From a virus (lineage: Duplodnaviria > Heunggongvirae > Uroviricota > Caudoviricetes): a stretch of 64,000 nt of DNA. The stretch lies in the IMG/VR virus record IMGVR_UViG_3300010369_000001. One strand, 5' to 3'. This document shows, in pieces, positions 10,075 through 19,337 of the stretch. The translations under genes were made by a program, and so were the position numbers. The notes below the pieces were generated by a model. The model made no database searches, was not told the origin of the DNA, and saw nothing but the letters and a program-made list of their open reading frames with translations. Position 1 is the first letter of the stretch. Each line of letters opens with the position of its first letter.

Positions 10075-10110
10075 AAAAAAATGACCCTCATTATAGGGGG
10101 TCATTTTTTT
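10073..10110. terminator. Bidirectional intrinsic terminator
   Basis: A-run-TGACCC...GGGTCA-T-run between convergent genes. Confidence 0.85.
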
Positions 10111-10119
10111 AGCATTGTT

Positions 10120-12108
10120 TTATAAAATAGAAGATCCTGGAGTAGCGTTTATCATGTGAGGCGGTAAAAATCTTTGATTTTCCCGCTGCACTCGCTGCAT
10201 CCCTTCATTTAATTGCTGCTGCCGACGCTGCCCTTCTGGTGTTTGCTGAAAGTCTTGTAAAATACGATAGGCCTCAGCCGCAGTAGCTGCAGGCGCTTGT
10301 AATCTTACACCCGTCGCAAGATTCTTACCGTTATGCGCCTCCCATAATTCCCTAAAACGCCTATAGTCTTCAACATTCATGGAATTAACGTAGTCGTTAA
10401 CACTTTGAGACGTTCCGGGCATCCAATAATTTCGCGAAATTAATGTATTTAAAAACCCTCTTATACCATTCGCATTTACGTGTGGATTATAATTTTGCAC
10501 AGCATAGGTCAAAGCATCATTCGCAAAAGCCTCCTCACCTTTCATATCCGCAACAAAGCTTCCAACGTCCGCACCTAATAACGCCCAACCAACACCAGGT
10601 ATAAAACGAGTACCCACTTTACCTGCTAGGGTTTTGGGCGTCATGCTAGCTGTCATGCTAGCGGCCCTATCCGCCATAGCTTGTGTTGCTCTTGGTGCCA
10701 CCAAATTACCCACCGGCCTCACTCCATAGTTACCTATTGCTTTTATTGTTGACGGAGCAGTCATGGCTGTTTGAGTAGCATTGTACACATTTCCATAAGT
10801 ACCATGAGCTAATATATCTAACGCGCGATCTGGCCCCATTCCAATACCCAGCCCAGTACTAACCCGCGAAGGATCTACAGTTAAATTATCTCCAGTAAAT
10901 GCTTGTCCAATAGGTCTTTCATGCCAATAAACTCCATTAATCCCGCGCTCGTCATGATCAAAACCTCTATACCTCAGACTGTCAGACACAGTAGAAGGGG
11001 CAATTACTGGATTTTTTCCGGCTTCAATATCGCCCAGCACAGAATGAACCCTTCGCCAAGGAGAATTTGGATTATCAATATGGTGCTGCCGCCACTGCGC
11101 CGGCGACGCATCATAATCAAACCCTTCCGGTAACGATAGGTTATCTAGATAATGCGACTGCGCTGCAGCTAAATCATGCCCTTGCCAGCCAGGATTTTGG
11201 CTTACATGATTATTCCAATCCTCATCAGTCCAATTAAAACTAAAGTCTTCGGGTAAAGCTGCATTCTCTGGAACCTGCGGAGCTTTCGGCGGCGTAGGCG
11301 CTTGAGGTTGCTGTGTACTACCTAATAAATGACCACCTAAGACACCTAGCCCGGCACCAGCTACTCCGCCCAACATCGCACGTCTTCGCCGCTCTCGCTC
11401 TTTTTCAACTTCACTCTCACTATTACCGCCACCACTAAAATAACCTGCTGCACCACCAGCTAAACCACCAAGACCGGCACCTATTGCATAATTCTGCCAG
11501 TTAGCTCGCTTCATGCCCATCAAACCACGAAGATTATTCCTAGTTGCCGCTGTAGCTCTTCTAAGTCTACGAGATTTATACTCTTCATCACTTTCTCTCT
11601 TACCTTGAGTAGACTCTCCACCAGTAATGTCAGAACTATAAATATCAGCTACGTCACCTAGTAACCTGCCCAACGTTCTAGCTGTTTTTATGCCACCTTG
11701 CTTCATATTACTTAATCCGTGCCCAATCCCGACGCCAATGCCCATACCACCAATTGCACCAATAGCTGACGGCAAAATCATGCGACTATTCTGTTCTCGC
11801 TGAATATCCCCCCATTCAGGCGTAGCTGCAACTTCTTCCACTGTTATATTAGGATTCCGCCTACGATGTTGCTGCATTAAAGCAGCACGACGAGCATCAA
11901 GATCACCGCTATTCATATAACGATATAACCCGTAGCCTTTACCCGCTAGGCCGCCAATCGTTCCAAGAGTAGCTAAGCCAGTAGCTGCGCCTCGGCCTAG
12001 CGTATTTTTAGCTACAGACGTTGCCCCTATGCCGGTTCCAATAAGAGCTGCCGGCGTTATCACTTGAGACAACGGAATACTTGGAAGACCAGATAAAGAT
12101 GGTTGCAT
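10120..12108 (-). CDS. Large putative virion cargo/ejection protein with several glycine-zipper segments
   Basis: Several GxxxG-rich helices, KTA/KRA sites, ERERRRRAMLGG loop, internal repeat LPEDF..W..H...NP / LPEGF..W..H...NP. Confidence 0.6.
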   Translation of the reverse strand: MQPSLSGLPSIPLSQVITPAALIGTGIGATSVAKNTLGRGAATGLATLGTIGGLAGKGYGLYRYMNSGDLDARRAALMQQHRRRNPNITVEEVAATPEWGDIQREQNSRMILPSAIGAIGGMGIGVGIGHGLSNMKQGGIKTARTLGRLLGDVADIYSSDITGGESTQGKRESDEEYKSRRLRRATAATRNNLRGLMGMKRANWQNYAIGAGLGGLAGGAAGYFSGGGNSESEVEKERERRRRAMLGGVAGAGLGVLGGHLLGSTQQPQAPTPPKAPQVPENAALPEDFSFNWTDEDWNNHVSQNPGWQGHDLAAAQSHYLDNLSLPEGFDYDASPAQWRQHHIDNPNSPWRRVHSVLGDIEAGKNPVIAPSTVSDSLRYRGFDHDERGINGVYWHERPIGQAFTGDNLTVDPSRVSTGLGIGMGPDRALDILAHGTYGNVYNATQTAMTAPSTIKAIGNYGVRPVGNLVAPRATQAMADRAASMTASMTPKTLAGKVGTRFIPGVGWALLGADVGSFVADMKGEEAFANDALTYAVQNYNPHVNANGIRGFLNTLISRNYWMPGTSQSVNDYVNSMNVEDYRRFRELWEAHNGKNLATGVRLQAPAATAAEAYRILQDFQQTPEGQRRQQQLNEGMQRVQRENQRFLPPHMINATPGSSIL

Positions 12109-12740
12109 TAGGCAAAGGCAGTTGCATTGGGACTAAATCTAGGATTTGATACTGGGCGAGTATTTAACGCCCACGGCTGGTCAGCCTGAGACGCTTGCTG
12201 CGGGTTAGCTAAATTATTGAATTGCTGCCCAAGCCATCCGCCAACATTCCTAGGAGCATTTAAGGTATTAGAGATTCCTTCTCCCATTTGCTCTGGTGAC
12301 CAACCAGTTAAACGAGAAGCATTATCAATCATACCGCGGGCTCTAGCTATGTCTGGATCGTTGTGTAGCTGCCCGTAAGCTGTTGCTTTATCCATAAACC
12401 CTGGTTGCCAAGCTTCACCACCAGTGCCCGCTTCATTACTTCTGGGCGAATACTGGTTACCAAAACCTAACCAATTGCCCCAGCCATTTTGACCTTCACC
12501 GCCACCAAAAGTATAGCCGCCTAAACCACCAACACCAGCACCAGCTAATGCGCCCATCAAAGGATTCATTCCAGCCATACCAGCACCTAAGCCACCTATA
12601 CCTGCGCCTATGCCGCCACCAATTACAGCCCGCCGACCATCATCGCCAAGACCTTCCCATAGCTGGCCCAGTTGATCCATAATAGCAACCTTTTCCGCAG
12701 CTTCTTTAAGCAAGCTATATTGAAATGATTTATATCGCAT
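12108..12740 (-). CDS. Glycine-zipper cargo protein
   Basis: LLKEAAEKVA leader, then RRAVIGGGIGAGIGGLGAG...GALAGAGVGGLGGY. Confidence 0.6.
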   Translation of the reverse strand: MRYKSFQYSLLKEAAEKVAIMDQLGQLWEGLGDDGRRAVIGGGIGAGIGGLGAGMAGMNPLMGALAGAGVGGLGGYTFGGGEGQNGWGNWLGFGNQYSPRSNEAGTGGEAWQPGFMDKATAYGQLHNDPDIARARGMIDNASRLTGWSPEQMGEGISNTLNAPRNVGGWLGQQFNNLANPQQASQADQPWALNTRPVSNPRFSPNATAFA

Positions 12741-12754
12741 AGTAATTATTTATT

Positions 12755-12789
12755 AAAAAAAGGCGCCGTCACGTAATACGACGTCGCCT
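12755..12789 (-). terminator. Intrinsic terminator ending the capsid operon
   Basis: AGGCGACGTC...GACGGCGCCT plus T run on the minus strand. Confidence 0.75.
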
Positions 12790-12818
12790 CATAACAATCA
12801 AAATTTAATTTTTAGTTT

Positions 12819-13241
12819 TTATTTTTTTGTTGCCGCATCGCCGTCTGCCTTTTTTTTAGCTGCAGCTTGCTTATATGCCTGGAAAGCTTGGAACTCAGCC
12901 CATTGCTCAGGCGTTACCTGCGGTGCAGCAGTTTTAACCTCCTCAGCTTTCTTAGCTTCAGCTTGTTTCTCGCGCGAGGCTCTTAGATATTCTATGGCCG
13001 CAGCTTGCTTTTCTCGTGCAACGGTACTCGGCTGTGCAACAATGTCATCAATTATCTTAGCAACCTTCTCGTGAGCTTCTTTAGCAAAGAAAGTCTCCAT
13101 AACCTGTTTAGGCTCATGACCAAGCGCAAGCGCATCGGCCACCTTAACAAGAGCTTGTCCGCCAGCAATATCGCCAGATTCGGCAAGTTTAATGCCCGCT
13201 CGCGCGATTCTCAAGCATGCAGTTTTTAGTTCAGTATTCAT
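12819..13241 (-). CDS. Small Ala/Lys-rich head protein saturated with K-x-A motifs
   Basis: KTA, KLA, KVA, KEA, KVA, KQA, KQA, KKA, KTA, KQA, KKA in 140 aa. Confidence 0.6.
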   Translation of the reverse strand: MNTELKTACLRIARAGIKLAESGDIAGGQALVKVADALALGHEPKQVMETFFAKEAHEKVAKIIDDIVAQPSTVAREKQAAAIEYLRASREKQAEAKKAEEVKTAAPQVTPEQWAEFQAFQAYKQAAAKKKADGDAATKK

Positions 13242-13287
13242 GATATATTCGTGTGGGACTAAGCCCAGTAAAAGTTAAGTTTATTCT

Positions 13288-13620
13288 TTATAGTACCACA
13301 AGCCGACAATTCGGAAGCATGTTACCGTTAGTATCTACAACTGGGACAGTTGTGTTAGTTCCTTCGTTAGGCCCGTTTGGTCTGCTTAGGACTTCTAGTT
13401 GACCTCGTGCAATAGTTTTAGCTAGGTTAATGATACTCTTTCTACCATCATACCTGCCCATGTGATTAGCTACAAGTAGCGGGTCACCGATAAACACCAT
13501 TGTTTCATTAGGTTTAAAAAGCAAACCATGACGTCCCAACCAAGGTACATCTAGCGGAGTATTCGCCGTGTTCCGTATAATTGTCGCATAGCTATGCGGC
13601 CAGTTCATTGTAATAGCCAT
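13288..13620 (-). CDS. Putative minor capsid/decoration protein
   Basis: Directly downstream of MCP; small beta-rich protein. Confidence 0.5.
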   Translation of the reverse strand: MAITMNWPHSYATIIRNTANTPLDVPWLGRHGLLFKPNETMVFIGDPLLVANHMGRYDGRKSIINLAKTIARGQLEVLSRPNGPNEGTNTTVPVVDTNGNMLPNCRLVVL

Positions 13621-13668
13621 AGTTCTATGTGTTAGCCCGGTGATTAGCCGGGCGGTTAATGTTTAAAT

Positions 13669-14637
13669 TTATGGGTTGAGTCCGAGCAAGTCAGTTCGGA
13701 TAACATTACGTTGGTTAACAATCAACATACCGTAATTAGCAAGCGCAACAAACTCGATCATATTGAGCTTGGACTCGATGTACATGGTAAGTTCTTGCAA
13801 ATGGCTGCAACGAATGTAGTATTTCTCGTCGGTGAAGCCCCAGATAGTTCCAGTGGGAACCATGAGAGTATTCATCGTGATATACCATCTCATTCCACCC
13901 CATCCATCTTCTGTAACCCCTTCTTTCAACATCGACTGTGCGATGTCACCGCCAGATTCCTCACGACCAAACTTAGCTGGCTCAAGAGCGGTAATGACGT
14001 TAGTGAGAAGTTGCTTAACTTCAAACCCTCTATCCCCTTGAACTCGAAGCATTTGAGCTTTGATGTTCGGAATAGTTTCTCGGCCGAGACCACCAGTTGA
14101 CTGCACCCACTGAGGAGCATTTGCCCAAACAGGAGTAGAGTTAGGCGCGCCCAAACAAAGTTGGTTAGCATTAAGCCAATCCATGTTCAGAGTAAGTGCC
14201 ATATCTCTTACAATGTTATCCGCAAACAATTTACGAATATCGTAGGAGTAGGTTCTCATTTCGTTCGTATCTTTGAGCATACGAGGAGTGAAGATCTGGT
14301 AGAACTTCATCGCACCTCGCCTACCGGCAAAGATGTAGTTGTGCGGGTTCGCATAAAGTCCAACATTGATAGATGCTGGGCTGTCAACTTCATAATCGAA
14401 GTAGCGAATGTTTTCTTCAGTTTCAAGCTGCGGAATCAGCTGGTCATTCGTAGTCGTCGTCCACGTAAACATGGACAAGGGCATTGCTTTTTCCCTAATA
14501 CGCTCTTTAATGACTTCATTACCAATCTCAGCAGCCTTTTCCCTATCTTCATGCGAAGACGAGGTGGCAAGTTTTACAAAATTTTGAGAAGCAATTTTGT
14601 CCTGCTCTAGTTCTTGTTCGTATGATGTAATACTCAT
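13669..14637 (-). CDS. Major capsid protein (HK97 fold inferred)
   Basis: 322 aa; follows protease, scaffold and decoration genes; E-loop-like and spine-helix (YDIRKLFADNIVRDMALTLNMDW) pattern; C-terminal YGMLIVNQRNVIRTDL; N-terminal KIA/KLA. Confidence 0.8.
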   Translation of the reverse strand: MSITSYEQELEQDKIASQNFVKLATSSSHEDREKAAEIGNEVIKERIREKAMPLSMFTWTTTTNDQLIPQLETEENIRYFDYEVDSPASINVGLYANPHNYIFAGRRGAMKFYQIFTPRMLKDTNEMRTYSYDIRKLFADNIVRDMALTLNMDWLNANQLCLGAPNSTPVWANAPQWVQSTGGLGRETIPNIKAQMLRVQGDRGFEVKQLLTNVITALEPAKFGREESGGDIAQSMLKEGVTEDGWGGMRWYITMNTLMVPTGTIWGFTDEKYYIRCSHLQELTMYIESKLNMIEFVALANYGMLIVNQRNVIRTDLLGLNP

Positions 14638-14676
14638 ATTTATTGTTCGTTGGCATTGAGCCAGTAAAGGTTAAAG

Positions 14677-15372
14677 TTAGTTACTCACAGCACCACAAGG
14701 AAGTGGACAGCCCCAGAAAGATACTGCTGGCTGATTCTTACCTGTTACCGAAACCATTGGGTTCGGAGTAGGTTTTTGCATCGTGGTTGGGTAGTTAGTG
14801 TCAGCGAACTGATTATAGCCCCATTGACGGCCTCGACCCCAAGGACGAGAAACAAAACCAATGCACATTTCAGTGTCTTCGGTAAGCGGCACGATCATAC
14901 CAACTTCATCGCTTGCAGCAAATGCAGCTGTCGCCTTACTGGTCAAAGCTGTGTTATACGGATATTCCTCTTCTGGGTCGCATTCCGTTGACATAAACTC
15001 ATAACCTGTGCACATTGGAATGGCCATCAAGTTCGGAGCTGGTTGCGGAATCGCACTCATATAAGGCGCTTCAGAAAGCGGTGTTCCAGAATTTGCCGCG
15101 TAAGTAATTGGAACGGTTGCGATATTTGCACCGCCCTCATTCAAGAGCAATGGCATTGCAAACTTACCAACTGCGTTTACTGGGCAGACAGGATCGTACA
15201 CGCCATCTTCAGTGAGATAAACAATACGACCATTTGGAATACCGGCGTAAATATTTTTGATAGGAGCGTGATACTGCGTTTGGTAAGTTGAAGTAGGTGT
15301 TAAACCACTAATAACTGTACCCTGGCAGCCTTTGATCCCTTTGTAGTGACTAGCAAAATTAATAGCACTCAT
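14677..15372 (-). CDS. Putative head decoration/cement protein
   Basis: Immediately upstream of MCP; IPNGRIVYL, CIGFVS and C-terminal AVSFW pattern typical of decoration proteins. Confidence 0.6.
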   Translation of the reverse strand: MSAINFASHYKGIKGCQGTVISGLTPTSTYQTQYHAPIKNIYAGIPNGRIVYLTEDGVYDPVCPVNAVGKFAMPLLLNEGGANIATVPITYAANSGTPLSEAPYMSAIPQPAPNLMAIPMCTGYEFMSTECDPEEEYPYNTALTSKATAAFAASDEVGMIVPLTEDTEMCIGFVSRPWGRGRQWGYNQFADTNYPTTMQKPTPNPMVSVTGKNQPAVSFWGCPLPCGAVSN

Positions 15373-15423
15373 AGTTTTATGTAATTTAGTGAGCGTTACT
15401 CACGGGTTAAAGTTAATTGTTAA

Positions 15424-15855
15424 TTAGACGTTAAGAAGACGTTCAGTAAATTTACGCATCGCGGCGGAACCTTCAGCCCCATCACTTCTACTACCATTTT
15501 GAACTGTTGCCGTTTTCTCAGCAACACCTAATGTACCAATTGTTGGCGTAAGCTTGTCGTGCGCAGTCTTCAGTGCCACATACTCATTCAATACGTTATT
15601 GAGCAACGTAATTGTCTTTTCGTGATCACTTAAAAACTCAGCAGCATGTTTACTAAAACCATCTGGTACAAATGGCTGCCCATTTACCTTTTCAAGCGAC
15701 TCAAGCCTGGTCACCATACTAGGAACTAGGCTCGCACATTTCTGCTGCCTAGCGTTCATATCATTTACGATGCCGTAAGCCTGTCTGACAATGTCACTTG
15801 TCTCTTTACTATACTCAGCAGCGTCTTTAACAAATTGAGTTAATTCAGTTTTCAT
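15424..15855 (-). CDS. Putative scaffold/core protein
   Basis: Helical, K-x-A rich (KDA, KCA, KHA, KTA x2), within the head operon. Confidence 0.5.
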   Translation of the reverse strand: MKTELTQFVKDAAEYSKETSDIVRQAYGIVNDMNARQQKCASLVPSMVTRLESLEKVNGQPFVPDGFSKHAAEFLSDHEKTITLLNNVLNEYVALKTAHDKLTPTIGTLGVAEKTATVQNGSRSDGAEGSAAMRKFTERLLNV

Positions 15856-15860
15856 AATTA

Positions 15861-16355
15861 TTATCTAATTAGACTATCGATTGATTGACCGTACCGCTTT
15901 GCTTTTTTGCCCTGTTCCGCGTTTTTAGCTTGCAACATTGCTTGTTTAAGTTCACCTGTCTCGTCTTTAGCTAATCGATACTCGGGAATACTCATGCCGT
16001 AATAGGCGGCTTCTTTATATTCATCCTCATTTGCGGCCTGGGCAAGTAGCATCATTGCAGCTAGCTCGTCCTCACCAAAATCGGGTTCATATGTTTCACC
16101 ACATAACCCTAAATCAACATCCCCACCATATTCATCACTTAATGACTGTTCAACCCCACAGCAACCTGGCTGGGCGCCAATATCATCACTGATTATGGCT
16201 TCCATTAAAATAGCGGCCTCTTCATCACTAAGTGATTCAATAATTGCTGCTAACTCAGCTAACTCGTTACTCCCTGAATTATCGCTGCACCCACTTAAGC
16301 TCATCCCAAAAGAATCACCTGGGGGCGGATCATTCATATTAGCCTCTTTCGCCAT
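15861..16355 (-). CDS. Acidic scaffold-like protein; probably the -1 frame extension of 16373..17470
   Basis: Acidic, with KEA/KQA motifs; no SD or leaderless promoter; in frame with a -1 slip at the A11 run. Confidence 0.6.
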   Translation of the reverse strand: MAKEANMNDPPPGDSFGMSLSGCSDNSGSNELAELAAIIESLSDEEAAILMEAIISDDIGAQPGCCGVEQSLSDEYGGDVDLGLCGETYEPDFGEDELAAMMLLAQAANEDEYKEAAYYGMSIPEYRLAKDETGELKQAMLQAKNAEQGKKAKRYGQSIDSLIR

Positions 16356-16386
16356 TTGTTTGGCGAGCTTCTTTATTTTTTTTTTT
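16350..16386 (-). other. Candidate -1 frameshift/transcriptional slippage signal
   Basis: G-A11-TAA, then stem TCGCCA-aacaaa-TGGCGA 9 nt downstream. Confidence 0.55.
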
Positions 16387-17470
16387 CGCTACCAGTAGCC
16401 AATTCAGCCAACTTGGTCAACTTCTCAATTTGCTCAGCAGAGAAAGATGCTAGCTTATTAAGAAGTGCGTCCTTATGTTCGCGATCATTAGTTACTTCTT
16501 GCGCTTCTTTAGTTAAATCTTTTTCAAGCAATGCTTGCGCCATTTTCATTTCTTCCGGCGCGAGTGGTGGTTCAAGGGCCATTGCTGGATCCATCATAGC
16601 TGCTTCTTCAGCCATCGCTGCTTCAAGCATAGGATCGCCAACACCCATTGCAGGGTCACCTAACATCGGATCAGCAGCTAAACCAGGGTCGCCTAGAAGA
16701 GCTTCCTCTTCAGGACTTGCACCAAGAATTGCTTGTATTTGAGCAACTTCTTCAGGCGAAAGCGGATCTTCACTTAACTGTGTTTCAATAATGGCTTCAA
16801 CCAGTGCTGCATCTTCTGGAGCTAGCTCGCCTTCTGGTGACCCGCCAGCAGCTAATTCTTCTTCTGCTATAGGTTGACCAGGCGCTGCCATTGCCGCCAT
16901 CGCAGCTTCAGGCTCCATAACGGGTGCATCTGCAGCAACTGCGGCCTCATCAACAACACCTTCCGCAAACTTTGCCATCGCAGCAATTTTGGTTACAAAA
17001 GATTTTTGTGTTGCAGCAAATTTCTTTGCCTGTGCAATAAATGCTGCGCCTTGTTTATAATCGGTCGATCCGGTAATGCTCAAATCTGAATCAGGAGTAG
17101 CTCCGTCAGAATAACCTGGCTCATCTTGTGTCATAGATGCGTCTTCAGTTCCCCAACCCTTTTCACCCAATAAAGCATTTTCAAACGTCGGAGATTCACC
17201 AGAAGGAGTAGTGGCATCTGGAAGCATACCGTCTGCAATAGGATTTCCGCCCTCACTTGGAACCATTTGCTTATCTTGACCTAGGCCGGGAACAGACTCT
17301 TCATTAAAGAGAGCTTCTGCGTCAGTATCAATACCGTCCGTTTCGTTTTGCAATTTAGAATCTACACCTTCCTGCGCTTCATTAGCTTTTTTCTTACGTG
17401 TAGATGCAACTTTGACACCATAACCCTCTAAGATGCGAGTAAGTGTCGGAGAAAGAATACTTGTGCTCAT
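16373..17470 (-). CDS. Putative prohead scaffold protein (acidic, low complexity)
   Basis: Directly after the protease; Glu/Asp/Ala/Pro/Met-rich; many K-x-A motifs. Confidence 0.65.
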   Translation of the reverse strand: MSTSILSPTLTRILEGYGVKVASTRKKKANEAQEGVDSKLQNETDGIDTDAEALFNEESVPGLGQDKQMVPSEGGNPIADGMLPDATTPSGESPTFENALLGEKGWGTEDASMTQDEPGYSDGATPDSDLSITGSTDYKQGAAFIAQAKKFAATQKSFVTKIAAMAKFAEGVVDEAAVAADAPVMEPEAAMAAMAAPGQPIAEEELAAGGSPEGELAPEDAALVEAIIETQLSEDPLSPEEVAQIQAILGASPEEEALLGDPGLAADPMLGDPAMGVGDPMLEAAMAEEAAMMDPAMALEPPLAPEEMKMAQALLEKDLTKEAQEVTNDREHKDALLNKLASFSAEQIEKLTKLAELATGSEKKK

Positions 17471-17522
17471 AGTTTACTTGGGCTTTTACGCCTTTGAATT
17501 TAAATATAACATACTAAAAAGT

Positions 17523-18986
17523 TTAAACAAAGCCAGCTGCCATGTTCTGAATTACGGCTGTGACATAATGCTCATCTTCTTTTAAACGCGTCATAGCAGC
17601 TACCTTGTATAAACAATATTCAACAGCTGCCTTATAGTCTTCTTCAGTAATTGCTACCCCTGCTATTTTAGCGCGCTTTACATCAGCCACCAAACCATCC
17701 ACTGCTCTTTTTTGCTCAGCTACTTTATTGTAAAGATTGCCATAAGTGAACAAATGATAATGCGCTGGCATAGAACGCTGCCTACTGCACGCATATTTAT
17801 TACACTCATGTAGCAGCTGATCTCTACTATCAACAGCTTGATTTAATAAACCAAACATATTTTCTAGGGCGCGACCATATGCGACTGAGACCTTATACCC
17901 AGCATACTTAGCAAACTGCTTGGGAGATAAAACCATATTAAAATCAGCTAGATGCATTAAATGCGCACACTTTGTTTTATCATCAGATAAGCGGGCAAAT
18001 TTCTCTAGAGCTGGACTCAAGCTATCATTCGCAATAAATCCATTTACCTTAATTAATAAATCTAGATTATTGCCTGACCGAGCCGGAGCCAAACTGCTTT
18101 CGATAGACGCTAGCTTTAATAATGCCCATGAATATTTCTTTAATTCAGCTACTTTAATAATGAATTCATCTGGATTATCATATAATCCTCGCGCGAGAGC
18201 TAGCTGTGCGCCGCCTAAAACTGTACCCGCTGCAGTCGCATATTTAGCTATAGCTCCGTAAGCTGTTCTATCAGCTGGAGTACTAACTCTAGAAATATCA
18301 ATAAATCTACCACTTGGATTATCTACATACTGTACAAAGCCGTCCTCTGCTGTTTTACATAAGCCAGATTTACAGCCAAATCGTTGTTTACCGTTTTTAT
18401 CTATACATTCATGTTCTTCACAATATTGAGCTGCTGTCTTAGCCTTATTTCCACAAGACGAACAAACATCAATAGGAACTGAGCTACCCATGCTCCACGG
18501 CAACTCTTTTCCAGAATAAAGAGCGTCAATATCTTCTTTAGGTGCAATTTTACCGCCATTTTTATCAGCTGCCTCTTTGCTACCGTTTAATAGTACAAGA
18601 AGCTCAACTCTGGACATTTCATCATTCCATATAGACGCAGCTACTTTGCCGAAAGCTTTTTTAGGATCTTTATTCTCGTGGTGATAAAAGACCTTAGCTG
18701 ACTTTACAAAAGAAGGGTGATCACGTTTCAACATCTCCTCTGTCCAGCCGTCACCGTTCCTGTTACATCCGTAGTTTTCTGTGCTGCCCATAGCTATAAG
18801 ATGAATTGGAATTTCATCCTTTGCCAGTTTAATGCCGTCAAGAATATGCTTAAAACGATGCTCACCTGCCCGTTTAGTAAAAAAAGAATTACTATCGGAC
18901 TGAGTAAGGCCTCTAGAAGAAACTGGAATTATTTCAGCTGTTTTTACGCCAAAATCCCAGCCACCAACGTCGATACATTTATACAT
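17523..18986 (-). CDS. Prohead maturation protease (HK97/herpes-like serine protease) with Zn-finger insertion
   Basis: NRNGDGW, VFYHHENK (His), GKVAASIWN, PWSMGS (Ser), CSSCGN, FIDISRVSTPAD; upstream of scaffold and MCP. Confidence 0.8.
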   Translation of the reverse strand: MYKCIDVGGWDFGVKTAEIIPVSSRGLTQSDSNSFFTKRAGEHRFKHILDGIKLAKDEIPIHLIAMGSTENYGCNRNGDGWTEEMLKRDHPSFVKSAKVFYHHENKDPKKAFGKVAASIWNDEMSRVELLVLLNGSKEAADKNGGKIAPKEDIDALYSGKELPWSMGSSVPIDVCSSCGNKAKTAAQYCEEHECIDKNGKQRFGCKSGLCKTAEDGFVQYVDNPSGRFIDISRVSTPADRTAYGAIAKYATAAGTVLGGAQLALARGLYDNPDEFIIKVAELKKYSWALLKLASIESSLAPARSGNNLDLLIKVNGFIANDSLSPALEKFARLSDDKTKCAHLMHLADFNMVLSPKQFAKYAGYKVSVAYGRALENMFGLLNQAVDSRDQLLHECNKYACSRQRSMPAHYHLFTYGNLYNKVAEQKRAVDGLVADVKRAKIAGVAITEEDYKAAVEYCLYKVAAMTRLKEDEHYVTAVIQNMAAGFV

Positions 18987-19000
18987 AACTTAATTGTAAC

Positions 19001-19246
19001 TTACTGAATAGGTCGCCCCGTAACGGCGCCGCGCATTGCCTGAAACGGGTGTCGATACGCCTGCCCCATAGATGCTCTCAGGCCATTAAGAAAAGTAGGG
19101 CTTTGAGCTGCGGCAGGAGCCGGTGCCGCTGGCATTTGTTGTAGCGTAGGTGCCGACCTATGTGCAGGTAAGGTTCTAAGCTCCCGCTGTAAGTCTCGCT
19201 GTGTAGTGGTAGCTAATTTAGCTAAATAAGCTTGCCCGATGGTCAT
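19001..19246 (-). CDS. Small cargo protein with leader MTIGQAYLAKLA
   Basis: N-terminus matches 8753..9121 and 21421..21786. Confidence 0.6.
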   Translation of the reverse strand: MTIGQAYLAKLATTTQRDLQRELRTLPAHRSAPTLQQMPAAPAPAAAQSPTFLNGLRASMGQAYRHPFQAMRGAVTGRPIQ

Positions 19247-19300
19247 ATTAGTTATAGTTGAAAAACTTTTTCTTTTTATTATACGCTACAACTTAGACCT

Positions 19301-19337
19301 AAAAAAAAGGAAGTGGCTACTAAACCGGCTTCCTTTT
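19301..19337 (-). terminator. Intrinsic terminator
   Basis: GGAAGCCGG...GCCACTTCC plus T8 on the minus strand. Confidence 0.7.
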
